Source: an uncultured Alphaproteobacteria bacterium
GTDB taxonomy: Bacteria; Pseudomonadota; Alphaproteobacteria; Rs-D84
NCBI GenBank assembly: GCA_944389135.1
Contig: CALXLG010000004.1
Location: 2,413-66,412 of the forward strand
Length of the DNA: 64,000 bases
Direction of reading: 5' to 3'
The position numbers were made by a program, and so were the translations under genes. The notes under the pieces are model-generated. The model saw only the letters and a list, made by a program, of their open reading frames with translations. It was not told where the DNA came from and searched no databases. Below, piece after piece: positions 41,488-50,379 of the stretch (the first letter of the stretch is position 1; every line of letters begins with the position of its first letter).

Positions 41488-41960
41488 AAATCATTCTCCT
41501 TTCTTTTGACCATACTATTGTAATCATAATATTTAAAAATTTCAAAAAATATTATAAAAAAAGGAATCCATCCAAATAATTTACATTTTATCGTTAATGT
41601 ATAGTATCCATAATCAACACATGTATGATTCCGTTGTCTTTGGTTATACCTGTTTTATAACTTCATTATCCGCACAAATAGCAAAATCAGCAAATTATAT
41701 GATGTTATCGGAAGATTTGTACAAACACATTTTAGATGTTTTATATCTATAATTTACATTTCTGTAAATATTACAACCTATTCACAAGAATCAAGACGAT
41801 TACTCTTTAATCAGTTTACCCCCATATTATTGCTTGATTTTTTTGATATATTTATTCATACTTTTACATAGAGTCCACATGGGAAATGGGTTCGGGTCCT
41901 TCAAAAAGATCATAGTTTGTAGCAATGTGATTCTCATATTGCAATCCCGCACGGTAAAGT

Positions 41961-41982
41961 GGCGCGGAAGCGCCTTTTTATT
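41961..41982 (+). terminator. rho-independent terminator (ggcgc-GGAA-gcgcc plus U5)
   Basis: Perfect 5 bp GC stem with a GNRA-like loop and a T-run. Located inside the leader of the lipoprotein operon. Confidence 0.5.
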
Positions 41983-41986
41983 GATT

Positions 41987-42115
41987 CCCCGCCTTTGGTC
42001 GGGGAGCCGTCGGTTATAAAACAGGGCTTGCCCGAAAACTGGCGGGGTCATTTTACAAACTATGATTTTTTGAACTCCCCGACCGTCAAATTCCATTGGC
42101 GGTCTTATGTTTTTT
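41987..42115 (+). promoter_or_regulatory. candidate attenuator/riboswitch-like leader
   Basis: Terminator hairpin 42081-42104 plus U-run lies just before the ribosome-binding site. An alternative 8 bp pairing (41997-42004 ggtcgggg with 42077-42084 ccccgacc) and a local hairpin (41987-42003) give mutually exclusive structures. Confidence 0.35.
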
Positions 42116-42133
42116 AAGAAAGGAGTCGGTAAG

Positions 42134-43504
42134 ATGCAAAAATTTATGCTTTTGACTAGTATTTTAGTTTTATCTGCATGTGGAGGAGGCTCAGGTGGTA
42201 GCTCTGCCAATAGCACAACGCCACCTACTAATCCAGAAATCCCCACTGGGACAATATGGCAAGAACCAACTGTATCAGAGGATGTCGCCAACAGTAATAA
42301 GCAAATTACAAGTATGCGATCTGCAATTAGCAATTCAACCAAAGTTGTTGCATATGTAGAAGAACAACTTGAATCATTTATAGAAACAGCTTCTGTATCC
42401 CAACCTACATCGTTAAATACTACTAATCGTGCAGCTTTTACATGGATGGCACCAAGTACAGGCAACAACTTATCAAAAGATGAACAAGCACTGGAAATCT
42501 CTAAATTAAGTGAATGGTTGCTATTAGATACAACTACAGAAGAAGATATCGTAGCAGTTTTTAATCACGACAAACAAAAGTTGCATAAAGCGATGCATGT
42601 TTTAAGTAAAGGTAACAATCCATGCTTTATTGGCGGAAGTGCAACTGAAACCGCTGCTTGCTTTAAAAATACCTGGGTACAAAATAACAGCTCTGCAATT
42701 GAAGAATTTGAATCAAACGGAAAATTAGAAACGTTTAATTTAAATGATATAGATTTCAAAATGATAGAAGGTAACAAAACAGAGACTTTTGAAATAGTCG
42801 TTAACGAAAACGGAAAAATTACGGGATTGCATTTTAGAGACAAAAACAGGGAACGTATTGGTGATTCAAATGATTTTGATTTTGTTGAAATGTTAGGACC
42901 TGATGATGCCAAAGTTGAAGTTCAAGCAAAATTGTCTTATGAAAGTCACGGTAAAAACATAGGAACAAGCGGTTTAAAATATGCGGATTTTGGTTTGTTA
43001 CGTTTTAATTCCGAACAACCGGGGTTTGAATTTGAAGAAATTATGCCATATGCCGGTGGCTATGAGGCCAAACGAATAGATAAATCTGACATTGAAAATA
43101 CAGTAACATTTAATGGTCACGCAATTGGACAGGCGGGTAATACAGAATTGGCTGACGACAGCGCAACGTTGGTATTTGATAAAGCCAGTGGTGACGAGAC
43201 ATTTTCAGCTTCATTTGATAACTGGTACGACATCAATGTAGTAAAGAATGATACAGGAATCATATTTACATTCACAGGCGACGCCAAAGATGGACCAACT
43301 TTATCTACCCCGACAATAAGTACACCTGGTGGAACCAATGGTGATATAGAAATCATTGGATTTGAAACGGCATACTATGGTGATTCCAAATCTCCATCAG
43401 AAGCTACTGCGTTATTTAATTATTCACAGGATGTAAATGGTCTTGGTGGCGAAAACGCCGACTATACACATGTCAATATTAGCTTTGGTGGCAAGGCAGA
43501 ATAA
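42134..43504 (+). CDS. surface-lipoprotein candidate (TbpB/fHbp-like)
   Basis: aggag ribosome-binding site 8 nt upstream. Lipobox LSAC followed by a GGGSGGSS flexible linker. C-terminal beta-rich domain. Confidence 0.5.
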   Translation: MQKFMLLTSILVLSACGGGSGGSSANSTTPPTNPEIPTGTIWQEPTVSEDVANSNKQITSMRSAISNSTKVVAYVEEQLESFIETASVSQPTSLNTTNRAAFTWMAPSTGNNLSKDEQALEISKLSEWLLLDTTTEEDIVAVFNHDKQKLHKAMHVLSKGNNPCFIGGSATETAACFKNTWVQNNSSAIEEFESNGKLETFNLNDIDFKMIEGNKTETFEIVVNENGKITGLHFRDKNRERIGDSNDFDFVEMLGPDDAKVEVQAKLSYESHGKNIGTSGLKYADFGLLRFNSEQPGFEFEEIMPYAGGYEAKRIDKSDIENTVTFNGHAIGQAGNTELADDSATLVFDKASGDETFSASFDNWYDINVVKNDTGIIFTFTGDAKDGPTLSTPTISTPGGTNGDIEIIGFETAYYGDSKSPSEATALFNYSQDVNGLGGENADYTHVNISFGGKAE

Positions 43505-44845
43505 TTGAAACGCGGTCTTTTAATATTAATCATACTAATTCTGCCCAATGTTGTTTGGGCAGAATTAAATAAAGAAAAAGAATTTATAGTCTCCGCATTG
43601 GATGCGGTAAAACTGGCGGGAAAATTCGTTGAACATGGCGATTATGGTAATGCTTTGCAAATTCTGAACAAAATGCCCCCATTACAAAACGCCTCACTAG
43701 AAATAGAACGTTGGTTTTTATTGGCACAAATAGCATCACGAAAAAATGATTTTGATACTGCAATAGACATCTATAAAAAAATCTTAAACGCTCAACCAAA
43801 CTTAGCAAGAGTCCGTTTTGATTTAGCTGTATGTTATATGAAAATAGGTCAATGGTCGCGTGCAGATTATCATTTGCGATTGGCAATGTCAGGAAAAGAT
43901 TTACCAAACAACATCAAAAATTTGATGAATTACTATCGCTATATAATTCGTCAAAATAAAAATTGGAATATTTGGTTTAATTTCGGGGCCGCACCAGATA
44001 ATAATATAAACTCATCTGTTGGTGGCGAAGAGTGCGTGATGACGATGTTCGGAAAAATGTGTCGCCAATTACCCGATCCTGTTTCTGCAATAGGGTTTAA
44101 CTTTTCTGGTGGCGGAGATTATGAATTTAAACTATCTGACCAATGGCGATGGAAATCAAATACCGATATTTATACAAATGTATATAATCAACACAATTTC
44201 GATGACTTATATCTATCTTTTGGCACGGGGCTACGATACATATGGTCGCGAGGTGATGTGGGGCTGACTACAATCGGTGCAAGGCGATGGTATGGTTGGG
44301 AAGAATATAATTGGTCTTTGGGGGCAAAATTAGATACGAATTATGATTTCAATCGCAAGTTATCGGGTAGTTTGCATTTTAGATTTATGAATAATTTCTA
44401 CGATGATTTCGGCGAATATCTAGATGGGCAGACATATAGCGCAACAGCTAGATTATTTTATTCTCTGAATTCATCTATGTATCTATCACTACGTAGCGGA
44501 ATTGAACGCGAAACTACTAAAATTTCTTTGTATTCTAATTGGCGTCCCAGTGCAGCAATTGGATTTGGTGCCGAATTACCATACGGGATACATATTTATT
44601 TAGAGCCGAGTATCTACATGGCATTCTATGATGCGCCAAGGTGGACTATACAAAACGACAAATTTTCACAAATTATAGAACATAGTTATACAACTCGATA
44701 TGCGATATCTATATCAAATAATAAATTAGATATATGGGGTTTTGTTCCAACGTTGACGTTCAGTTATACAAAACGAGAATCTAATATATGGCAAAGGGAA
44801 TACAATAAAACCGCCATTGAATTTAGTATGCAACAGCGGTTTTAA
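43505..44845 (+). CDS. TPR plus C-terminal beta-barrel outer-membrane protein (Slam/DUF560-like)
   Basis: TTG start immediately after the upstream stop. Signal peptide, then an N-terminal TPR region, then a beta-barrel ending ...MQQRF. Confidence 0.5.
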   Translation: MKRGLLILIILILPNVVWAELNKEKEFIVSALDAVKLAGKFVEHGDYGNALQILNKMPPLQNASLEIERWFLLAQIASRKNDFDTAIDIYKKILNAQPNLARVRFDLAVCYMKIGQWSRADYHLRLAMSGKDLPNNIKNLMNYYRYIIRQNKNWNIWFNFGAAPDNNINSSVGGEECVMTMFGKMCRQLPDPVSAIGFNFSGGGDYEFKLSDQWRWKSNTDIYTNVYNQHNFDDLYLSFGTGLRYIWSRGDVGLTTIGARRWYGWEEYNWSLGAKLDTNYDFNRKLSGSLHFRFMNNFYDDFGEYLDGQTYSATARLFYSLNSSMYLSLRSGIERETTKISLYSNWRPSAAIGFGAELPYGIHIYLEPSIYMAFYDAPRWTIQNDKFSQIIEHSYTTRYAISISNNKLDIWGFVPTLTFSYTKRESNIWQREYNKTAIEFSMQQRF

Positions 44846-45370
44846 TGTTGTTTTAATACCCTTTACCTAAAATTATAGGGTGCTGCAGAAATCTCCCTTG
44901 CGACCAGTTATATAAACTACAGCCCTAGAAATATTTGGGAAAAACTTAAACAGGTTTCACATTTTCATTGGCGCTAATATGCGATAGAACATCACAAAAC
45001 GATTCTTGCATATGAACCATTTGCTATGATATTTAACATCTTACAAATAGTTTTCTGTTATTTTGCGTTTTCTTTCATCTTGATTGTTTGTATCATACGA
45101 AATCAATAACTATCATATACAGTACGACAATAATGCATCTATCAAATGGTCGTGAAAAACCGGTCTTAACAAAAAAAAACACGAAAACTCTAAGTTCTGA
45201 TAAAAACATGGGTATATAGATGGAAATATAAACATAATTACGAAAATAGCATCAGCCCAAAAATCATAGCAAGCAACAAAGAACTATATAAGACATACGA
45301 ACAATATACAAATATCTCAACTTGGCGTACCTGTCTGCACGAAACATAGTTTATTGCCACATACCATAGT

Positions 45371-45393
45371 CAATGCATCAAAAAAGCCCACAG
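45371..45393 (-). terminator. rho-independent terminator on the minus strand
   Basis: Hairpin gcccgc-tgtctgt-gggc followed by a T-run on the minus strand. Confidence 0.45.
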
Positions 45394-45459
45394 ACAGCGG
45401 GCTTTGTATGGTATACCTTAATCATACCGTAATTCTGGTGGATGCCATGGGACTGCTGC

Positions 45460-45645
45460 GCCACCTTGCAAAATCGCCCGTTGGGCGTATTTATGCGGTG
45501 CGGCTCCCTCGCACGGCGTTGTCACGCCGGCTGCGGGGCATTCCTGACGGCTCGATTACGCTTGACGCTTATCTCGCCTAGTCATTGTCAAACCCCTTAC
45601 TTCGGGGGTTTTCGTCCCACATCCCCATGCACAAAATAAAATCGC
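45460..45645. repeat. GC-rich hairpin cluster with an exact 18-nt duplicated hairpin (aaaatcgcccgttgggcg)
   Basis: Copies at 45460-45477 and 45628-45645. A further hairpin (aaacccc-ttacttc-gggggttt) lies at 45589-45610. GC content is far above the surrounding DNA. Confidence 0.5.
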
Positions 45646-45666
45646 CCGTTGGGCGATTGTATTTTG

Positions 45667-45743
45667 TGGTGGATGTTGAGGGACTCAAACCCCCGACCCT
45701 CTCGGTGTAAACGAGATGCTCTAATCAACTGAGCTAAACATCC
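45667..45743 (-). tRNA. tRNA-Val (anticodon UAC), CCA-encoded
   Basis: Cloverleaf folds by hand: acceptor GGATGTT/AACATCC, D-stem GCTC/GAGC, anticodon loop TTTACAC, T-stem GGGGG/CCCTC, 3' ACCA. Confidence 0.9.
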
Positions 45744-45791
45744 GAAACAGTGGCCTAATAATAAACCATTTTTTTTCGTTTGTCCAGTTTT

Positions 45792-46091
45792 TTATTCAGG
45801 CATCGGCATACCTGCTGTTGCTTCACCCATAACCTCGTCTATCTTCGCATCAGCTTTTGCTTTGGCATCACGGTATGCCGCCACTACAAGCTCTGCCACA
45901 GCCGCCGCACCACGAGCCATAACATCATCACGAATTTTCAAATCAAATAAATCATATTTCCCAGATATATCTATTATACACGCCCCGTCTTCTGCAATAC
46001 CCTTTATATGCATACCACCTAATTTTTCTTGGGCTGCAGAAACTTTCTCTTGCAAAGCACTTGCTTGTGCCATCAATGCTTCCATATCCAT
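45792..46091 (-). CDS. ybaB: nucleoid-associated protein YbaB/EbfC
   Basis: Typical YbaB length, with an N-terminal ALMAQASALQEK helix and GGAAAV motif. Confidence 0.8.
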   Translation of the reverse strand: MDMEALMAQASALQEKVSAAQEKLGGMHIKGIAEDGACIIDISGKYDLFDLKIRDDVMARGAAAVAELVVAAYRDAKAKADAKIDEVMGEATAGMPMPE

Positions 46092-46141
46092 ACGAATCTC
46101 CTTTGACAATATTTCACCCCGCAACCGCGGGGTGATATATA

Positions 46142-48310
46142 TTATTTTTCTATTTCTTTACCTGTTTTCTGGTCAATACCAACCATAGACATACGTGTTT
46201 TTCCACGTTTGTCTGCACCAAGGTATCTTACGAAAACTTTATCGCCTTCTTTGATTTTGGTGTCTTCTATCTTTGCGATTCTTTCACCTGTTATTTCAGA
46301 GATATGAACCATAGATTCAAAACCATTCAAGATTTTTACAAACAGACCAAAATCTTTGATACCAGATACTGTACCTTCATAAATTACACCAACTTCTGGT
46401 TCAGCAACAATGTCTTTGATGCGCTTGATTGCTTCATCTGCCTCTTCTTTAGAAGTTGCCATAATTTTTATTGTACCATCATCAGATAAATCAATCTGTG
46501 TATTCGTTTCACGTGTTAAGGCCTGTATAACAGAACCACCCTTTCCGATAACGTCGCGAACTTTATCTGGATTGATTTTCATGGTATAAGCCTGAGGGGC
46601 AAATTCAGAGACGTGTTTACGTGGTGCTTTGATTGCTTTTTCAATCTTGCCCAAGATGTGCATACGCCCTTCTTTCGCTTGCGCCAAAGCTTTTTCCATA
46701 ATTTCAAATGTAATTGATGTGATTTTAATATCCATCTGCAAAGCAGTGATACCGTCTTTTGTACCAGTTACCTTAAAGTCCATATCACCAAGATGATCTT
46801 CATCACCTAAGATATCTGTCAAAATAGCGTAATCATCACCTTCTTTAATCAACCCCATTGCGATACCTGCAACTGGACGCTTTAGTGGTACACCACCATC
46901 CATCATGGCAAGTGTTGCACCGCATGTTGTTGCCATAGATGAAGAACCGTTTGATTCCAAAATATCAGATACAACGCGAATAACATAATCAAATTCGCTG
47001 CGGCTTGGAACCATTGGATGAACTGCACGCCATGCCAAGTTTCCATGACCTATTTCACGACGACCCGGTGATTTCAAACCTTTGGCTTCACCAACAGAAT
47101 AGCCTGGGAAGTTGTAATTCAAGATGAAATCACGTTCTTCTTCACCATCCAAAGATTCTATTGGCAATGCATCTTTGCCACCACCAAGCGTCAAAGAAAC
47201 CAAAGCCTGTGTTTCACCACGTGTAAACAACGCAGAACCGTGTGCACGTGGCAATACACCCAATTCAATTTCAATTGGACGAACCGTCTTATTATCACGA
47301 CCGTCAATACGTGGTTTCCCTGCTAAGATATTGCCACGCATAATACGAGCCGTCAAATTTTCAACAATTTCATCTGCCCAAGATTCCAATGTAGATGTAG
47401 CGGTTGTTGTTTCTGGGAATAATTCTGGGATACGTGCTTTTGCTTCTGCATGAATATTACCCAAAGTTTCCAAACGAACCAACTTTTCTTTTATCTGCAA
47501 TGCGGCTTCTATTTCACCAGCAAAAGATTCAAAATCTTTTTGCATTGCAACATATTCTGCTGATAATTCTGGTGTTGCCCAGCGTTCTTTACCCGCTGTT
47601 TCAGCTAATTCGTTAATAGCTTTAATAACTGCTTGTTGTGCATCAAAACCGAATTTAACCGCACCAAGCGTTGTTGCTTCGTCCAATTCACCGATTTCTG
47701 ATTCAACCATCAAAACACCGTCTTTTGTTGCAGCAACAACCAAATCCATTTCTGAATCTTCGGTTTCTTTCTTTGATGGGTTTAATAAATACTTACCGTC
47801 TTTATAGCCAACACGCGCTGCACCAATTGGTCCTTGGAAAGGAACACCTGATAAAGCCAACGCTGCAGAAGACGCAATCATCGCCAAAATATCTGGTTGA
47901 TTTTTCTTATCATAAGAAAATACCTGAGCAATTATTTGAACTTTGTTTTTGAAAGTTTCTGGGAACAGCGGACGAATAGGTCTATCAATTAAACGTGCAA
48001 TTAAAGTTTCTGCAGTTGACGCCTTACCTTCACGTCTATCACGAGAACCTGGGATACGACCCGCAGATGCAAATTTTTCTTGATAATCAACAGTTAACGG
48101 GAAGAAATCTTGCCCTTCGACAGCCGTTTTTTCAGCACAAACCGTTGCCAGAACCATTGTGCCACCCATTGTTGCAAGCACTGAACCATTAGCCTGCTTT
48201 GCCATACGACCTGTTTCCAGGCGCAATGTTTCATCACCATATTTTATTTCAACCGCAACTGGATTATTCAGATGCGTTTTTTCGTCTTTATTAAATAAAC
48301 CAAATAACAT
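46142..48310 (-). CDS. pnp: polynucleotide phosphorylase
   Basis: Two RNase PH domains, a KH domain and an S1 domain; the N-terminus aligns with PNPase. Confidence 0.95.
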   Translation of the reverse strand: MLFGLFNKDEKTHLNNPVAVEIKYGDETLRLETGRMAKQANGSVLATMGGTMVLATVCAEKTAVEGQDFFPLTVDYQEKFASAGRIPGSRDRREGKASTAETLIARLIDRPIRPLFPETFKNKVQIIAQVFSYDKKNQPDILAMIASSAALALSGVPFQGPIGAARVGYKDGKYLLNPSKKETEDSEMDLVVAATKDGVLMVESEIGELDEATTLGAVKFGFDAQQAVIKAINELAETAGKERWATPELSAEYVAMQKDFESFAGEIEAALQIKEKLVRLETLGNIHAEAKARIPELFPETTTATSTLESWADEIVENLTARIMRGNILAGKPRIDGRDNKTVRPIEIELGVLPRAHGSALFTRGETQALVSLTLGGGKDALPIESLDGEEERDFILNYNFPGYSVGEAKGLKSPGRREIGHGNLAWRAVHPMVPSRSEFDYVIRVVSDILESNGSSSMATTCGATLAMMDGGVPLKRPVAGIAMGLIKEGDDYAILTDILGDEDHLGDMDFKVTGTKDGITALQMDIKITSITFEIMEKALAQAKEGRMHILGKIEKAIKAPRKHVSEFAPQAYTMKINPDKVRDVIGKGGSVIQALTRETNTQIDLSDDGTIKIMATSKEEADEAIKRIKDIVAEPEVGVIYEGTVSGIKDFGLFVKILNGFESMVHISEITGERIAKIEDTKIKEGDKVFVRYLGADKRGKTRMSMVGIDQKTGKEIEK

Positions 48311-48505
48311 TTATTTCTCCATTTTTTAAGTTTAATAAACGCGAAGAAAAATTATTCGTTTTTGCACTCTGACAAAGCGCAAGAAAGAACAATTTCCCCT
48401 TCGCAAATTCAATTATAAAAGATATTTACCTGTTTGCAAATAATTTAATGGATATTGTATATATTATTGTAATATAATAGTGATATAAGAACGGAATTAA
48501 ATAAA

Positions 48506-48871
48506 ATGAAAAAAATAAAAAAGTTATTGTCCGCATTTATCATTTGCAGCATATGTACAAGCTATTCTTATGCCGCTAATTTAACTTGTAATAACTTAAG
48601 CCTTTGTCGAGTAAAATGCTTAACAACTTTTCCGGACGGATATTGCTGTACAGCTTTAGGAAATCAAGGAACTAGTACCACATGTCCAACAGGCTGGTCT
48701 CTTAATTACCAAGGCATATGTTCTAGGAATCCAACGGAAGAGGCTGATTCTATTGGATACTATACACAAACATATTCATCTTGTAGTCCTACAACCACTT
48801 ACTATGATTGTTACTACAACCAACCTAACAGTGTTATTGGAGAGACTTGCGTAAAATGCGGGCATATGTAA
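48506..48871 (+). CDS. small secreted Cys-rich protein (12 Cys)
   Basis: Signal peptide. Many Cys with YY motifs. Confidence 0.5.
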   Translation: MKKIKKLLSAFIICSICTSYSYAANLTCNNLSLCRVKCLTTFPDGYCCTALGNQGTSTTCPTGWSLNYQGICSRNPTEEADSIGYYTQTYSSCSPTTTYYDCYYNQPNSVIGETCVKCGHM

Positions 48872-49153
48872 ATGAAAAAAATTATACTTTTACTTTTTAT
48901 TGTATTTAGTGTTACATCTGCATTTGGTGCATGTGCGCCCCTTTCAAAAACATATACTGCATGCAAACCTGGTTATTATTTAGAAAACGGACAATGTAAA
49001 AGATGTCCTGATGTTAACGGGGTTTACGGAACAACAGTTGATAGAAATACAGGTGATATAAACTCTTGTTATTTGCCAAACGGCACAACAGGAAGTAATA
49101 CTTACGGCAGTTATGATATAGTAGGAAGTTGCTATATATATCCGCAGCAATAA
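48872..49153 (+). CDS. small secreted Cys-rich protein, likely a paralog of the upstream gene
   Basis: ATG immediately after the upstream stop. Signal peptide. CKPGYY...CKRC pattern. Confidence 0.5.
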   Translation: MKKIILLLFIVFSVTSAFGACAPLSKTYTACKPGYYLENGQCKRCPDVNGVYGTTVDRNTGDINSCYLPNGTTGSNTYGSYDIVGSCYIYPQQ

Positions 49154-49183
49154 AAAAACCGGCATTTGCCGGTTTTTTATTTA
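49153..49183. terminator. bidirectional terminator
   Basis: aaaaaaaccggc-attt-gccggtttttt. Confidence 0.6.
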
Positions 49184-49449
49184 CGTAGACCTAATTTCTT
49201 AATCAGTTCTTCGTATTCCGCTGGATTACGTTTCTTTATGTAAGCCAACAGTTTCTTACGACGATTAACCATTAACAACAAACCACGTTTTGAATGTTCG
49301 TCTTTGTGGTTATCTTTCATATGTTTTGTTAAATTGCGAATACGTTCAGTTAAAACGGCAACTTGTGCTTCAACGGAACCACCATTGTCTTTTTCACTTG
49401 ATTTAAACGCATTAATCAATTCTGTCTTTTTTTCTTTTGTAATGGACAT
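49177..49449 (-). CDS. rpsO: 30S ribosomal protein S15
   Basis: Full-length alignment to S15 (LTERIRNLTKHMKDNHKDEHSKRGLLLMV). Confidence 0.95.
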   Translation of the reverse strand: MSITKEKKTELINAFKSSEKDNGGSVEAQVAVLTERIRNLTKHMKDNHKDEHSKRGLLLMVNRRKKLLAYIKKRNPAEYEELIKKLGLRK

Positions 49450-49467
49450 TACTTTTTCCTTTTTTAT

Positions 49468-50379
49468 TTAAATTGTTCGTTTAGGACGTAAAAATCCGCC
49501 TTGAACCACACCTATCCCAACAAAGTCTTCGTTGCTGTAAACACGACGTAGCCCATCGTTCACATCCGTTTTGATAAAACCACCGTTTCTATAAAACTGC
49601 GCGCTTTTATCGTCCAGATTTTGAACCGGAATGTCCCCCAGCCCAAAATCAATTGGTTTCAAGTATTCCTTGAAATCTGCCTTATTATTAAACAGATTTT
49701 CTAAAAAATCAAGTTTTACCGCACTTTTGATATCAACCCCATTTGTCCGAACTCTTCGTATCATATTTACAGTCGCAATCGTTCCGCACTTTTTTGCTAT
49801 ATCACGTGCCAGCGCACGAATATATGTTCCACGACTGCACACAACACGAAAAGTCCAAGTATCATCCGTTTTTTCAATAAAATCTAATGAATAAATAAAT
49901 ACACGACGTGCCGGAATTTCTATTTCTTTCCCGCTACGTGCCAAGTCATACGCCCGCTGTCCGTCAATATGCACAGCACTAAAAGCTGGTGGCACCTGCT
50001 CTATTTCACCAACAAAAGATTTAGTGGCACTAACAACTTGTTCTGTATCTGGAATTATATCTGTACGCGCAATTTCCGCCCCTGTTATATCAAGGCTATC
50101 TGTTTCAAACCCAAATTGCAGTGAAAACAAATATTCTTTTTTACCGTCAGAAACATCTTCTATAAAAGGTATCATCTTTGTGGCACTGCCCAGCGCAATT
50201 GGCAAGACACCCGATGCCATTGGATCAAGTGTACCAATATGTCCAAAAGTTTTTGCACCAAAAATATGTGCAATGCGCCCGCCTGCACTGCGACTAAACA
50301 TACCCGAAGGTTTATCTAAAATTATCCAACCAGAAGACAATTTAACGCACCTTAAGAACCATTTTTTGATTGCTGACAA
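49468..50379 (-). CDS. truB: tRNA pseudouridine(55) synthase TruB
   Basis: GHIGTLDPMASGVLPIALGSATK motif. The start codon is non-ATG; an alternative TTG at 50340 lies 1 nt after the upstream stop. Confidence 0.85.
   Translation of the reverse strand: MSAIKKWFLRCVKLSSGWIILDKPSGMFSRSAGGRIAHIFGAKTFGHIGTLDPMASGVLPIALGSATKMIPFIEDVSDGKKEYLFSLQFGFETDSLDITGAEIARTDIIPDTEQVVSATKSFVGEIEQVPPAFSAVHIDGQRAYDLARSGKEIEIPARRVFIYSLDFIEKTDDTWTFRVVCSRGTYIRALARDIAKKCGTIATVNMIRRVRTNGVDIKSAVKLDFLENLFNNKADFKEYLKPIDFGLGDIPVQNLDDKSAQFYRNGGFIKTDVNDGLRRVYSNEDFVGIGVVQGGFLRPKRTI

Noticed and set aside
41500-41960. Fur-box-like AT-rich hexamers upstream of the lipoprotein operon (e.g. ataatcaacacatgtatgatt)
   Set aside because: Only partial matches to GATAATGATAATCATTATC, which are expected by chance in DNA this AT-rich.
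42107-42133. Upstream ATG start of the lipoprotein ORF (MFFKKGVGK...)
   Set aside because: That ATG lies inside the terminator U-run. The downstream ATG at 42134 has a good aggag ribosome-binding site and begins the signal peptide.
45480-45560. SRP (4.5S) RNA on the minus strand (GUCAGG...GCAGCC resembles helix 8)
   Set aside because: The GGAA tetraloop and the GGAAGCAGC 3' arm are absent.
45420-45625. Possible tmRNA (ssrA), including the two-piece alphaproteobacterial form
   Set aside because: The plus strand has a short frame ending ...LDAYLA-stop and the minus strand has a CCACCA. No T-arm (GGUUCGAnUCC-like) is present on either strand, the acceptor pairing is poor, and the total length is too short.
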